Numbered from the stretch's first letter, positions 29,657 to 39,796 are shown. The stretch is DNA of 64,000 nucleotides from Chitinophagaceae bacterium (GCA_039925965.1 JBDSXW010000051.1:64954-128953), one strand, 5' to 3'. A program made the numbers and translations. Notes: generated by a model from the sequence alone, not told the origin.

Positions 29657-29850
29657 TAGCTAATTAATGAGTATATCAATTTCAATACAGCCTGGCTTGC
29701 AAAATCCATTACCCATACAATGGCGGTAATTACCAGAGTTGCACCCAGTACGATAACCGTACTCTGTTGCAGCTCGGTCCATGTAGGCCAGGTTACTTTT
29801 TCAAGCATCTCTTTCCAGCTTTCGCGGAAATAGGTGGTTACTTTATTCAT
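29656..29850 (-). CDS. secE: Preprotein translocase subunit SecE
   Basis: 64 aa with a single C-terminal TM. The SWKEMLEKVTWPTWTELQQSTVIVL motif is present, and the gene sits in the conserved position between tRNA-Trp and nusG. Confidence 0.9.
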   Translation of the reverse strand: MNKVTTYFRESWKEMLEKVTWPTWTELQQSTVIVLGATLVITAIVWVMDFASQAVLKLIYSLIS

Positions 29851-29859
29851 AATTAAACA

Positions 29860-29992
29860 ATGTGCTAATGTGCCGATTAGCTAATGTGCTAATAAAAAAC
29901 CGCTACTACTGAATTTTAAACAACTAGTTGGCATGCAAAGCATGCAATTTAATTGGCTAATTAGCTAATTGGCACATTAGCTAATTCAAAAA
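29860..29992. repeat. Palindromic GCTAAT/ATTAGC word arrays forming a long inverted repeat
   Basis: gtgctaatgtgccgattagctaatgtgctaat (left arm) and ggctaattagctaattggcacattagctaatt (right arm) are near reverse complements, separated by about 55 bp. Confidence 0.85.
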
Positions 29993-29999
29993 GCGTTCG

Positions 30000-30070
30000 C
30001 ACGGGCACTAGGATTCGAACCCAGATCAAAGGTTTTGGAGACCCGTATGCTACCGTTGCACCATGCCCGT
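30000..30070 (-). tRNA. tRNA-Trp (anticodon CCA)
   Basis: The reverse complement folds as a cloverleaf: acceptor ACGGGCA/TGCCCGT, anticodon loop CTCCAAA and T-arm GGTTCGAATCC. It is in the conserved tuf-tRNATrp-secE position. Confidence 0.9.
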
Positions 30071-30090
30071 GTTTAGTATTTAGATGAAAG

Positions 30091-30127
30091 TACAAAGTAC
30101 TTAGATAAAAAACCTAAGTACTTTGTA
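30091..30127. repeat. Perfect 14-bp hairpin built from the TACTTTGTA word
   Basis: tacaaagtacttag / ctaagtactttgta with a 9-nt loop, between tuf and tRNA-Trp. Confidence 0.8.
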
Positions 30128-30143
30128 ATTTTCACCACACTAG

Positions 30144-30248
30144 TATGTCTTTGTACTAAATACTTTGTACTAAATACTTTGTACTACATACTTTGTACTA
30201 AATACTTTGTACTACATACTTTGTACTAAATACTTTGTACTAAATACT
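30144..30248. repeat. Tandem 14-mer array (TACTTTGTACTAAA/TACTTTGTACTACA), about 7.5 copies
   Basis: Direct reading of 30144-30248. The array ends 2 bp before the tuf stop codon. Confidence 0.9.
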
Positions 30249-30250
30249 GA

Positions 30251-31438
30251 TTACTTAAGGATCTCAGTTACCTGTCCGGCTCCTACTGTACGACCACCCT
30301 CACGGATAGCGAACTTCAGGCCTTTTTCCATTGCAATCGGCTGAATCAAAGTAACAGTAAGGCTGGTATTATCACCAGGCATCACCATTTCAGTTCCTTC
30401 CGGCAACACGCACTCACCGGTCACATCCGTAGTACGGAAGTAGAACTGAGGACGGTATTTGTTGAAGAATGGTGTATGACGTCCTCCTTCATCTTTGCTC
30501 AATACGTAAACTTCACCTTTGAATTCAGTATGCGGCGTGATAGAACCTGGTTTGCAAAGCACCATACCACGACGGATCTGGGTCTTTTCAATTCCACGTA
30601 ACAACAAACCTGCATTATCTCCGGCTTCACCTTCGTCAAGCAATTTCTTAAACATTTCAACACCAGTACAGGTTGAAGACAACGGAGTCGCCATCAAACC
30701 AACGATTTCAACTGGCTCACCAACTTTGATACGACCACGCTCAATACGACCAGTAGCAACGGTACCACGACCAGTAATTGAGAATACGTCCTCAACACTC
30801 ATCAGGAACGGCATATCAACCGGGCGCGGAGGCAACGGAATGTAGCTATCTACAGCGTCCATCAATTCCATGATCTTAGCTTCCCATTTTTCATCACCAG
30901 CCATTGCGCCGGTAGCAGAACCCTGGATGATAGGGGTATTATCACCGTCAAAGCCATTCTTGGAAAGGATCTCGCGGATTTCCATCTCAACCAGTTCCAA
31001 CAGTTCAGGATCATCTACAAGGTCAACCTTGTTCATGAACACCACCATAGAAGGAACACCTACCTGGCGGGCAAGCAGGATATGCTCGCGGGTTTGTGGC
31101 ATCGGGCCGTCAGTAGCTGCCACTACAAGGATAGCTCCGTCCATCTGGGCAGCACCAGTGATCATGTTCTTCACATAATCCGCGTGACCCGGGCAGTCTA
31201 CGTGTGCATAGTGCCTGTTCGCAGTAGCATATTCTACGTGAGCTGTATTAATTGTGATACCCCTTTCTTTTTCTTCGGGTGCACCATCAATATCATCGTA
31301 ATTTTTCTTAACCGCCAAACCTTTTCTTGACAAAATATCGGTTATAGCGGCCGTTAATGTGGTTTTGCCATGATCTACGTGACCAATGGTGCCGATGTTA
31401 ACGTGAGGTTTTTCCCTCTTGAAGGTCTCTTTTGCCAT
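30251..31438 (-). CDS. tuf: Translation elongation factor Tu
   Basis: 395 aa: [32 protein letters not shown]...DCPGHADY...NKVD. Confidence 0.98.
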   Translation of the reverse strand: MAKETFKREKPHVNIGTIGHVDHGKTTLTAAITDILSRKGLAVKKNYDDIDGAPEEKERGITINTAHVEYATANRHYAHVDCPGHADYVKNMITGAAQMDGAILVVAATDGPMPQTREHILLARQVGVPSMVVFMNKVDLVDDPELLELVEMEIREILSKNGFDGDNTPIIQGSATGAMAGDEKWEAKIMELMDAVDSYIPLPPRPVDMPFLMSVEDVFSITGRGTVATGRIERGRIKVGEPVEIVGLMATPLSSTCTGVEMFKKLLDEGEAGDNAGLLLRGIEKTQIRRGMVLCKPGSITPHTEFKGEVYVLSKDEGGRHTPFFNKYRPQFYFRTTDVTGECVLPEGTEMVMPGDNTSLTVTLIQPIAMEKGLKFAIREGGRTVGAGQVTEILK

Positions 31439-31636
31439 TTTATTTGATTTTTAAATTGTGTATGTTGTTAATTGTTATTCCTCCAGCATTTCTGCAAGAT
31501 GTTATTTTTTGTACCAGCGCCGGTACCACTTTTCAACTTCATTGGCGAACGCTGAAAACCCGATGATTTTGGGGCTCTCTTTCTCATTTGTTGCGCTGCT
31601 CAGCAACCAGATTACGAAGCATTTAAACCCAAAAAG

Positions 31637-31708
<72 letters not shown>

Positions 31709-31800
31709 TTGAAATCAAGTCATTGAGTCAGAAGAGTCGGTGGTCATTATCATTATAAAATGATCAAATGACGTTGTGACTTTATGACTTCCACACCCTG

Positions 31801-31873
31801 AGCGGAAGACCAGGCTCGAACTGGCCACCTATAGCTTGGAAGGCTATCGCTCTACCAAATGAGCTACTTCCGC
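31801..31873 (-). tRNA. tRNA-Gly (anticodon TCC)
   Basis: Reverse complement GCGGAAGTAGCTCATTTGGTAGAGCGATAGCCTTCCAAGCTATAGGTGGCCAGTTCGAGCCTGGTCTTCCGCT. The anticodon loop is CTTCCAA. Confidence 0.9.
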
Positions 31874-31875
31874 TT

Positions 31876-31992
31876 AAAACAATGTGCTATTGTGATAATT
31901 AGCCAATTAGCTAATTAAAACCGTAGCATTTTTAAAGAACTTTTGAACCCAGGTTGTTAGCTAATTAGCACATTGGCTAATTAGCTAATTAA
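31876..31992. repeat. Second GCTAATTAGC-type palindromic word array
   Basis: caatgtgctattgtgataattagccaattagctaatt ... gttagctaattagcacattggctaattagctaatt lies between tRNA-Gly and tRNA-Tyr. It uses the same words as 29860-29992. Confidence 0.85.
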
Positions 31993-31995
31993 CTG

Positions 31996-32078
<83 letters not shown>

Positions 32079-32084
32079 TTTTTT

Positions 32085-32222
32085 AGTATCAAGATCTTAG
32101 TATCAAGCATCAAGATTTTAGTATAAAGTATTTAGATATCCGTATCAAGATGAAACCAAACTAACCCCCTCTTGCTACTTGCTTCTCACCTCTTTCTACT
32201 TGCTTCTCAACTCATTCTACTC
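32085..32222. repeat. TAGTATCAAGA and CTACTTGCTTCTCA word arrays
   Basis: tagtatcaagatcttagtatcaagcatcaagattttagtataaag is followed by cttgctacttgcttctcacctctttctacttgcttctcaactcattctac, between tRNA-Tyr and tRNA-Thr. Confidence 0.75.
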
Positions 32223-32228
32223 TTCCTG

Positions 32229-32301
32229 AGCCGAAGAAGGGAGTCGAACCCCCGACCTGCTGATTACAAATCAGCTGCTCTACCAACTGAGCTACTTCGG
32301 C
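32229..32301 (-). tRNA. tRNA-Thr (anticodon TGT)
   Basis: Reverse complement GCCGAAGTAGCTCAGTTGGTAGAGCAGCTGATTTGTAATCAGCAGGTCGGGGGTTCGACTCCCTTCTTCGGCT. Confidence 0.9.
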
Positions 32302-32412
32302 TTATTTTTTGTTCCATTCCTGATGCCGGTCAATGATTCGGGATTCTTCAATTATCCATTTTCGATTTTCCAATTATCAATTACAAAGAACGTATCCCGT
32401 TTTAAGGGAGGG

Positions 32413-32442
32413 CAAAAGTAAAGGAAAATGGCATTAAGCAAA
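32413..32442 (-). promoter_or_regulatory. Candidate Bacteroidota sigmaA promoter for the tRNA-tuf operon
   Basis: The minus strand reads TTTG-(18 nt)-TACTTTTG, matching the -33 TTTG / -7 TAnnTTTG consensus. It lies about 110 nt upstream of the first tRNA. Confidence 0.3.
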
Positions 32443-32501
32443 TTCACAAGTGAAAAAAATTTTAAAGAAAATTATTAAGACTTGTTACAAACCAATTCCA
32501 G

Positions 32502-33200
32502 TCATTTCAAAAAACCGCCCGAATGCAGGTAGGCAGCGCATTTGGGGCAAAAATCTTTTTCATGATTGAGCCGGTCTTTGCCTTTTGCATCCGTCATCAA
32601 ACACTGTTCATTGGGGCAATGTGGCAATCCAAAATTGTGTCCCAACTCATGAATGGCCACTTTTAACAGCTTGCTATGCAGCTCCCATTCTGATTGCGGA
32701 TACTTATTTAGGCGGTAATCCGATACCACGCAGCAAGAACCCGGTTGGTAGCCTAGTCCCATGACCCCCCAATCGGGATTGGCGCCATTACTGGTGGAAA
32801 TATCTTTACCGGTAACCCCGATCACGTAAGTATCAGCAGCCCGCGCAAAAGTTCTTAGAAATGCCAGAATCTTATCAGCCCTAAACCGATGACGCGGTGC
32901 GTACCATGCACTTGCAGGGATCCGCCGGGCTGGCAGCACCGAAATAGTAGCTTTATAGTAGCGGGCAATATTACTGTCTAAAAAAGCGATCACATTTTCG
33001 CCAATATCATCGAGCGGCTGGATCAGTATCTTTCGGTTGGAATGCTTTTTAGCAGCTATAGTAGCAGCCGGGCTTTCCTTTTTAATGTTATGTGAACCAC
33101 AACCGGTTATAAACATGCAAATAAGGAAGGCGATAAAATTGTATCGGTTCAAGGAAGGGCTTTTATTAAAAAAGTCCCGCCGGGGCGGGACTTGGGACAT
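32502..33200 (-). CDS. Archaemetzincin-like zinc metalloprotease (peptidase M54-like), probable lipoprotein
   Basis: HELGHNFGLPHC, then CLMTDA and a C-terminal CPKC match the archaemetzincin HExxHxxGxxH plus Cys4 pattern. An N-terminal TM and lipobox (FITGCGS) are present. Confidence 0.7.
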   Translation of the reverse strand: MSQVPPRRDFFNKSPSLNRYNFIAFLICMFITGCGSHNIKKESPAATIAAKKHSNRKILIQPLDDIGENVIAFLDSNIARYYKATISVLPARRIPASAWYAPRHRFRADKILAFLRTFARAADTYVIGVTGKDISTSNGANPDWGVMGLGYQPGSCCVVSDYRLNKYPQSEWELHSKLLKVAIHELGHNFGLPHCPNEQCLMTDAKGKDRLNHEKDFCPKCAAYLHSGGFLK

Positions 33201-33225
33201 TAAACGATGAAATTAAATGATTGAA

Positions 33226-33525
33226 TTAAACTACTAGTTTTTCTTTTTTTCTGATGATTTGGGTACAGATGGAATCAAATGCTTCATCAAAAGAAGCTTC
33301 GAAAGATTTACTCGACGATTTCACAAACAGCTCATTTCTCGGTATACTCACTTTGATCTCAGCTATTTTGTCTTTGATTTGATGCACCACATTATCGAGT
33401 TTTAAAAACACATCGACTTTAATAATCCGGTCGTGGTAAGTGGCGAGTTTGGCTAACTTCCGCTGAATGTGATCCCTCAATTTGTTGTCAGCATCAAATC
33501 GTACTGAATGAATGTTCACGGTCAT
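33226..33525 (-). CDS. hpf: Ribosome hibernation promoting factor / RaiA family (short form)
   Basis: 99 aa: MTVNIHSVRFDADNKLRDHIQRKLAKLATYHDRIIKVDVFLK... It is in the conserved position next to xerC-like and the tRNA-tuf cluster. Confidence 0.8.
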   Translation of the reverse strand: MTVNIHSVRFDADNKLRDHIQRKLAKLATYHDRIIKVDVFLKLDNVVHQIKDKIAEIKVSIPRNELFVKSSSKSFEASFDEAFDSICTQIIRKKEKLVV

Positions 33526-33668
33526 AGTAACACGTTTTTAATGAATAAATAAAGAACTAATTGGAGGGTAATTTTCCATACATAGGCCTGTCTTTTTAGT
33601 AAGTGTAAGATAAGGCAGCAATTGAGAAATGCCAAAAAAAGAAATGCCAATTACGAAAACAATTTTGT

Positions 33669-34568
33669 TCATGCTTTCGGGTGTGCTTTTTTATAAACGT
33701 CTTTTAATTTTTCGATAGTATTATGCGTGTAAATCTGTGTAGCCGCGAGGCTGCTATGACCCAGCAAATCCTTGACAGCATTCAGTTCTGCCCCATTGTT
33801 CATCAGGTGCGTGGCAAAAGAATGCCTTAGCACATGGGGGCTTTTTTTATCGATAGAAGTTACCAGTTTCAAGTATTTATTCACAATTCTCCAAACACCA
33901 AAAGGGTACAATTTTCTTCCTTTTTCGCCAACGAGTAACACCGAAATATCCGCATTACTGATGGCAGTTCTCTTTGCTTCGGTATAGCTTACCATTTCTT
34001 CTATCAGCAACTTATTGCAGGGTAATATTCTTTCCTTATTTCCCTTACCCAAAATTTTAAGGGAAGCCTGGTATTTATCTACCTGGTTCTCCTTCAAATT
34101 GATCAATTCACTTAGCCGCATCCCGGTCTGGTATAGCAATTGCAACACCAGTTTCTCAGTGCGGCCGGTCCAGTCGTCTGGGAACTCCACATGGTTGAAT
34201 AGCAGTTCCATCTCCTGTTTGTTGGCAAATACCGGCAACCGTTTGCTAATCTTTGGCGTTGATAATGTGGTGGTTGGATTCTGCAGCAGATTCCCCTGCC
34301 GGATATGGAATTTGAAAAAAGACTTGAGCGTAGAGATTTTCCGATTCAGGCTTTTCCCGGTCATGCCGTCATTTTTCAGATTGGCCAGCCAGGTGCGGAT
34401 AAAAGAGGCAATAACATCGCCGATGGCCAATTCCCCATAGTTGCTACTCAAAAAGGTAAAAAACTGATCCAGGTCGTCTGAATAGGCCCTGATGGTATGC
34501 TGAGAATAGCGCTTTTCGAATTTAAGATAATCGATAAAAGCGACAATGTAGGGGGTATTGTTATCCAT
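33669..34568 (-). CDS. Tyrosine recombinase XerC/XerD family
   Basis: 299 aa with an N-terminal SAM-like core-binding domain and a C-terminal catalytic region: ...GMRLSEL...KGNKERILP...HVLRHSFATHLMNNGAELNAVKDLLGHSSLAATQIYTH. Confidence 0.8.
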   Translation of the reverse strand: MDNNTPYIVAFIDYLKFEKRYSQHTIRAYSDDLDQFFTFLSSNYGELAIGDVIASFIRTWLANLKNDGMTGKSLNRKISTLKSFFKFHIRQGNLLQNPTTTLSTPKISKRLPVFANKQEMELLFNHVEFPDDWTGRTEKLVLQLLYQTGMRLSELINLKENQVDKYQASLKILGKGNKERILPCNKLLIEEMVSYTEAKRTAISNADISVLLVGEKGRKLYPFGVWRIVNKYLKLVTSIDKKSPHVLRHSFATHLMNNGAELNAVKDLLGHSSLAATQIYTHNTIEKLKDVYKKAHPKA

Positions 34569-34709
34569 TGAGATAAGTAAACAATGCTAAGCTACAGCAA
34601 AATCTTAAACTGGTAGGGTACAATATTTACATTTGCCGCTGCTGAAATGCACCGGCGACGGCTTCTTTTTTAACGATCTTATTGAAAGCCCCTGCGGCTA
34701 CCAACAAAC

Positions 34710-35786
34710 ATGCAAAAAACCTATTCCTACGATCAGCTTTCGACTTTTTCGTACCATATTTTTAAGGCTATTGGCTGTAGCGATACCGATGCTACTACCG
34801 CCACCAAAGTGTTGCTGAGGGCGGATATTCGGGGCATCGACAGCCATGGCATTGCCCGGCTAAGTGGTTATGTGCGCCTCTGGGACGCCAAACGGGTGAA
34901 CGCAACCCCCGATGTAAAAATCGTCCATGAAAGTCCCAGCACCGCGGTGGTAGATGGTGACAGTGGCCTGGGTTTGGTAGTAGCCCCCTTTGCCATGGAG
35001 GTAGCCATCAGCAAAGCCAAAATCTGTGGCACTGGTTGGGTAAGCGTCTGCAACAGCAATCATTTCGGCATTGCCGGCTACCATAGCATGATGGCGCTGG
35101 AGCATGACATGATCGGCATCAGCATGACCAATGCCAGCGCACTGGTGGCACCTACGTTCTCTACCGAAAAAATGCTGGGCACCAACCCGATCTGTGTGGC
35201 CATACCAGCAGGCGAAGAGCCCGCCTTCGTAGCCGACCTGGCCACTACCACCGCAGCCAACGGCAAATTGGAAATCCTACAACGTAAAAACCTGGATACA
35301 CCCGACGGCTGGGTACAAACCGAAGACGGTAGCCCCACCAACGATGCTAATATTTTAAAAAAAGGCGGTGCTTTATTGCCACTCGGTGGCGATCGCGAAC
35401 ATGGCAGTCATAAAGGGTATGCCCTGGGCAGCGTGGTGGATATTTTTAGCGCGGTGCTGAGTGGTGCCAATTATGGACCCTGGGTGCCGCCGTTTCCAGC
35501 CTATGTGCCCATGCCTGAAAACCAGCCGGGCAAAGGCATTGGCCACTTTTTCGGCGCCATGCGGATCGATGCCTTTAGAACTGCAGCCGATTTTAAATAC
35601 CATATGGACCATTGGATCAAACGCTTCCGAAGTGCTACACCCATCGCTGGCCAGGAAAAAGTATTGATACCAGGAGACCCGGAAAGAGAGATGGAAGCTG
35701 AAAGACGGAAAGATGGAATTCCACTTCTGGAGCAGGTGGTCGCGGATTTGGAGAAGCTGGGGGAACGGTTTGGGGTTGATATTTAA
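34710..35786 (+). CDS. Ldh_2 family oxidoreductase (malate/L-lactate/ureidoglycolate dehydrogenase family 2)
   Basis: 358 aa with ADIRGIDSHGIARL, NSNHFGIAGY, GTNPI and GSHKGYALG motifs. Confidence 0.8.
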   Translation: MQKTYSYDQLSTFSYHIFKAIGCSDTDATTATKVLLRADIRGIDSHGIARLSGYVRLWDAKRVNATPDVKIVHESPSTAVVDGDSGLGLVVAPFAMEVAISKAKICGTGWVSVCNSNHFGIAGYHSMMALEHDMIGISMTNASALVAPTFSTEKMLGTNPICVAIPAGEEPAFVADLATTTAANGKLEILQRKNLDTPDGWVQTEDGSPTNDANILKKGGALLPLGGDREHGSHKGYALGSVVDIFSAVLSGANYGPWVPPFPAYVPMPENQPGKGIGHFFGAMRIDAFRTAADFKYHMDHWIKRFRSATPIAGQEKVLIPGDPEREMEAERRKDGIPLLEQVVADLEKLGERFGVDI

Positions 35787-35822
35787 GCTGAAGGAGAAAT
35801 ATGAGTTTGCATCTTGAGCGGG

Positions 35823-36719
35823 CTATAAATCTTCCGTCTCTTTTTCAGTAAGACCTGTAGATTCCGAAATGATACTCAATGGAATTCCCATTTTCTTTAG
35901 TTTTAGAGCAACTTCCATCGCTTTTTCCCTTATTCCTTCTTTTATTCCTTCTTCAATACCCTCTTTTAACCCTTCACTTCTGCCTTCACTAAAGGCGGTT
36001 TCTTTGGCGTAATCAAAAGTATTTTTGTTATCCCTGAAAACTTTTAAACTCATTTCGTAGCTATCCATTTCACCAGGCCCAAACTTTGCTAATTCTGCCT
36101 TTTGAAATGCCTGGGTAAATATGCTGTCTTTAAAAATTGCCGGGATGTTTTCAAAGTCCTCCAGGTGTTTTATAAAATACAGCCACTTATCCAAACGTGT
36201 TTTCAGTGCGTCCTCCCCAAGTCTGAAATTGGGCATTTCAAGGTAGATATAGGTTAATTTATCGTAGAAAACCTTGCCGTTTTGATTTTTCAATTTTATC
36301 GTGTGTACCACCTCACTTCGCTCAGGTTCAGTCTCATAATCATCAAAAGTAAAATCTAAAATGCCGATACAATAAATTGCACTAAGATTAAAGTTCCAGT
36401 TACCCTTCTCAGCCTGTTCCCTTATCGGAAAAGTAGAATAGTAAATGGTTCTTTCAATAAAATAATTCTGTTTCGCCTTTTGTAATTCCACAATAAATCT
36501 TTCCCCGCTTTCGCTCTCACAATAAATATCGTATATCGCCCTGCGGTCAGCATCTGTTTTACCTAATTGCTCGGTATTTTTAAAGGATAAATCCTTTATT
36601 TTATCCTGCTGCGGCAAAAGAGCGTTCAAAAAATCAATCAACAATGGCTTGCTGGCTTCCTCCTCAAAAATCATTTTAAATCCAAAATCAGTAAACGGAT
36701 TGATGTATTTCGCTTTCAT
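35823..36719 (-). CDS. Rpn-family PD-(D/E)XK nuclease / putative transposase-like protein
   Basis: 298 aa with YINPFTDFGFKMIF, AIYDIYCESESGERFIVELQKAKQ and the C-terminal GRSEGLKEGIEEGIKEGIRE repeat typical of this family. Confidence 0.8.
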   Translation of the reverse strand: MKAKYINPFTDFGFKMIFEEEASKPLLIDFLNALLPQQDKIKDLSFKNTEQLGKTDADRRAIYDIYCESESGERFIVELQKAKQNYFIERTIYYSTFPIREQAEKGNWNFNLSAIYCIGILDFTFDDYETEPERSEVVHTIKLKNQNGKVFYDKLTYIYLEMPNFRLGEDALKTRLDKWLYFIKHLEDFENIPAIFKDSIFTQAFQKAELAKFGPGEMDSYEMSLKVFRDNKNTFDYAKETAFSEGRSEGLKEGIEEGIKEGIREKAMEVALKLKKMGIPLSIISESTGLTEKETEDL

Positions 36720-36871
36720 CTCTTTAATTGTATGATGCTGCTAAAATTATGATTTTCAATTGGGTCTGCTTAGGATTAAAACAGCATTTCCTCTTTAAAC
36801 CTCCTATCCCTTACATTTGCGGCCATAAAAATTTTAATTCATCAAAACAAAAATCGGGGGGAACCGGGGGT

Positions 36872-38191
36872 ATGAAAATCATGAAATTTGGCGGCACCAG
36901 CGTTGGAAAGCCGGAAAGAATGCATCAGGTAGCAGAGTTAATCACTGCCGATAGCGAATCGAAAATCGTAGTGCTCAGCGCACTGAGCGGCACTACCAAT
37001 GCCCTGGTGGAAATAAGTAACGCCATGGCCAGTGGCAATAAGGCCGAAGCAAAGCGAAAGATAGACCTACTCGAAAAACACTACCAGGATTTTGTACCAC
37101 AGCTCGTTCAAACGGCGGCTGCCCGGGCTGATGGTCTGGCAATCATCACCGAACATTTTGAATTCCTCAACATCATTCTCAAAATATCCTTCAGCGATGC
37201 GCTTAACAAGGATATATTAGCCCAGGGCGAGCTACTGAGCACGAAATTATTCAGCGTATACCTTACCGAAAAAGGTATCAAACACCGGTTGCTGCCTGCC
37301 CTGGAGTTTATGACAATTGACAGTTACGAAGAACCGCAGATCGGCGCTATTAAGGTAAAACTGAGCCAGCTGCTACACCAGCATAAAGACGATACGATCT
37401 TCATCACCCAGGGCTATATTAGCCGCAACGCCCGTGGCGAAGTGGACAACCTGAAACGCGGTGGCAGTGATTATAGCGCTTCGCTGATCGCAGCTGCTAT
37501 TAAGGCCTCTGTCTGCGAAATATGGACCGATATCGATGGCATGCACAATAACGATCCCCGCATCTGTGAAAAGACGGTGGCCATCGAACAAATGAGTTTT
37601 GAAGAAGCAGCAGAGCTGGCTTATTTCGGCGCAAAGATCCTGCACCCTGCCTCCATTTGGCCTGCCCAGATGTACAATATCCCGGTGAAGTTGTTGAACA
37701 CCATGCAACCCTCAGCCAGGGGCACCATTATTTTACAGGAAGCAGGCAGTACCGGGGTAAAAGCGGTGGCCGCAAAAGATGGTATCATAGCGATCAATAT
37801 CAAGAGCAGCCGTATGTTGCTGGCTTATGGTTTCCTGCGTAAAATTTTCGAAGTTTTTGAAAAATACCGCACCAGCATCGATATGATCACCACTTCGGAA
37901 GTAGCGGTATCGGTTACGATCGACAGTGACGCTTCGCTTGAAGATATTAAGAAAGAACTGGAACCATTCGGCACCGTAGAAGTTGAAGAGGGCCTGAGCA
38001 TTGTATCGGTAGTGGGCAATGAAATAGCACAAACAGAAACCATTCTTCATAAACTGTTTGATGCGTTAAAAACAATACCCGTGCGGATGGTGAGCTATGG
38101 CGGCAGCAAGCATAATGTAAGCCTGTTGGTGCCTTCGGCTTCCAAAAACGAAACATTGAAATTACTGAACAGTGGATTGTTCGGATTATAA
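36872..38191 (+). CDS. lysC: Aspartate kinase
   Basis: ATG at 36872 gives MKIMKFGGTSVGKPERM..., then VVLSALSGTTNAL, GGSDYSA, TDIDGM and C-terminal ACT repeats. The ORF-track extension to 36728 is unlikely. Confidence 0.9.
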   Translation: MKIMKFGGTSVGKPERMHQVAELITADSESKIVVLSALSGTTNALVEISNAMASGNKAEAKRKIDLLEKHYQDFVPQLVQTAAARADGLAIITEHFEFLNIILKISFSDALNKDILAQGELLSTKLFSVYLTEKGIKHRLLPALEFMTIDSYEEPQIGAIKVKLSQLLHQHKDDTIFITQGYISRNARGEVDNLKRGGSDYSASLIAAAIKASVCEIWTDIDGMHNNDPRICEKTVAIEQMSFEEAAELAYFGAKILHPASIWPAQMYNIPVKLLNTMQPSARGTIILQEAGSTGVKAVAAKDGIIAINIKSSRMLLAYGFLRKIFEVFEKYRTSIDMITTSEVAVSVTIDSDASLEDIKKELEPFGTVEVEEGLSIVSVVGNEIAQTETILHKLFDALKTIPVRMVSYGGSKHNVSLLVPSASKNETLKLLNSGLFGL

Positions 38192-38203
38192 AAATGACTA
38201 CCC

Positions 38204-38653
38204 ATGCCTGCAAAAATTATCCTCTCGAGAAAAAATGATTTTATGAACCGCACCCGGATGTTCAAGGTTTTGATAGACGGGCAGGAAGTGGGCAAAATTG
38301 GCAATGGAAAAGTGGAAACTTTTGAGGTGGCCCCGGGAAATCATACTATTGAATGTAAAATCGACTGGTGCAGCAGCCAGACCTACGAGGTCACAGTGGG
38401 GAGTGATAGCATCGATTATTTGCAGGTGAAGAGTGGCATGAAATATTTCCTGTTGCTTTATATAGTCTTTCTTGCCTGGCTGGCTTCTGGCCTTATTTTT
38501 AAACAAAAAAAAGAGATGTTAGGGGCCGCTTATCCCTGGATACAATGGACGATCGTCGTAATTCCGCTGGCCTATTTATTGTATTATTTAACGCTGGGCA
38601 AAAAGAAATACCTGGTGATCAATCAGGATACATCCAATGTTTTTGCAGGCTAA
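38204..38653 (+). CDS. Hypothetical membrane protein (soluble beta-rich N-terminal domain plus 2 TM helices)
   Basis: A 149 aa ORF followed by a terminator. The N-terminus RMFKVLIDGQEVGKIGNGKVETFEVAPGNHTIECKIDW is DUF2846-like. Confidence 0.5.
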   Translation: MPAKIILSRKNDFMNRTRMFKVLIDGQEVGKIGNGKVETFEVAPGNHTIECKIDWCSSQTYEVTVGSDSIDYLQVKSGMKYFLLLYIVFLAWLASGLIFKQKKEMLGAAYPWIQWTIVVIPLAYLLYYLTLGKKKYLVINQDTSNVFAG

Positions 38654-38676
38654 TCCCCAACAAATAAAAAAAAACT

Positions 38677-38716
38677 AAAATCCCCAATGCTAAGAAGCGT
38701 TGGGGATTTTATATTT
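38677..38716 (+). terminator. Rho-independent terminator
   Basis: aaaatccccaa / ttggggatttt is an 11-bp stem followed by T-rich sequence. Confidence 0.75.
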
Positions 38717-38736
38717 TACACCAAAAACCCAGCCCT

Positions 38737-39543
38737 ATGCAGGAAGACATGATTACACCCATCGTGCCAAAAGAAATTTTAGAAGACAAGCCACAGCAAA
38801 AATTACTCCTGGCCATTTTCCTGGAGGTGTTTGTCGGCTTCTTCAAAGACATCGCTGTAAGTATCTGGGACTTTTTTAAAAAGTTTATTTTGCTGATATG
38901 GTTTTACCTCCGCTTTATAGTGAATCCAAACGCAGAAGACTATTGGGTACAGCGTGAAAAAGCCATTCATTATTCCAAGGATACTTTCGAGTTAATCCTG
39001 CTACTCACGGCCGCACTGATTTTTTGTATCAAACAAGGCTGGATTGTTTCGGCGAGTACTTCTAATACCGACGCGTACAATAATGATTTCATGCAGTGGT
39101 TCATGGAGGCTGTTATTTTCCTGGTATATGCGGCTTGCTATTTTGTAGTGCTGTTGCTGCTGGTGTTGCTGGGCCGTCTGTTGCGAAAAATTTTCAGTCC
39201 TGTTGAAAGCAGCCGTGTAACCGATCTCGTGTTTGTTCACCTGAACAATATTTTCTTTATCACCGCCGCTATTTGCAGTTTTATTATCCGCTTTGATAAT
39301 GTGGCCAGCGATTTTGAAGGGGCAGACAAAGACTACGAGATGCAGCATTTCATGATCGTTCTCTTCAACACATTTGGAATTGCTTTTGCAATTATCATGT
39401 TTATTTTCTTTGTGCGGCTTACGATGATCAACAAACTGCCGCTCCTGAAATCCGTCCTCTATATTACCCTGGTGCCAGCTATTGTATGGGCTTTTCTTTT
39501 TGCCTGCGAATTGTTCATAACCGCTTTCATGGCTGGTTTATAG
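38737..39543 (+). CDS. Hypothetical polytopic membrane protein
   Basis: A 268 aa ORF with several hydrophobic helices. I recognise no family. Confidence 0.5.
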   Translation: MQEDMITPIVPKEILEDKPQQKLLLAIFLEVFVGFFKDIAVSIWDFFKKFILLIWFYLRFIVNPNAEDYWVQREKAIHYSKDTFELILLLTAALIFCIKQGWIVSASTSNTDAYNNDFMQWFMEAVIFLVYAACYFVVLLLLVLLGRLLRKIFSPVESSRVTDLVFVHLNNIFFITAAICSFIIRFDNVASDFEGADKDYEMQHFMIVLFNTFGIAFAIIMFIFFVRLTMINKLPLLKSVLYITLVPAIVWAFLFACELFITAFMAGL

Positions 39544-39796
39544 CATTGGAAGCCCGGCATCAGTATCATTATTTGGCAACATTGGCGACGCTCCGTTCAT
39601 CTAGAGTGCAACCATGAAACAATGCTAACAGGTAACTTATGTCAGGCCCACCTGTATCGCCCTCAAAACCGGTATGAACTTTAAAATCCAAAATACATTT
39701 GCCAGTTCCCAATCATTCTTTATTTTCATTTGCAAATGGTTTTGTAAACTACCCGAGACCCATCACCTATTATAAATCACACACCGAAAAACCACA

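Noticed and set aside
33669-34568. Tyrosine recombinase next to a tRNA cluster as the integrase of a genomic island
   Set aside because: As I recall, the xerC-like/hpf/tRNA/tuf arrangement is a conserved housekeeping context in Bacteroidota. No att-like direct repeat of a tRNA 3' end was seen, and the neighbouring genes are core metabolism.
35823-36719. Rpn/PD-(D/E)XK 'transposase' as an intact mobile element
   Set aside because: I could find no terminal inverted repeats or target duplications in the short flanks (36 bp and 150 bp). The family is usually a stand-alone nuclease gene, so it is annotated as a CDS only.
36720-36871. Lysine riboswitch (L-box) upstream of the aspartate kinase gene
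   Set aside because: The 150-nt leader shows none of the L-box helices or conserved segments I can recall. The ORF-track N-terminal extension (36728) is also rejected in favour of the ATG at 36872, which gives the canonical MKIMKFGGTS start.
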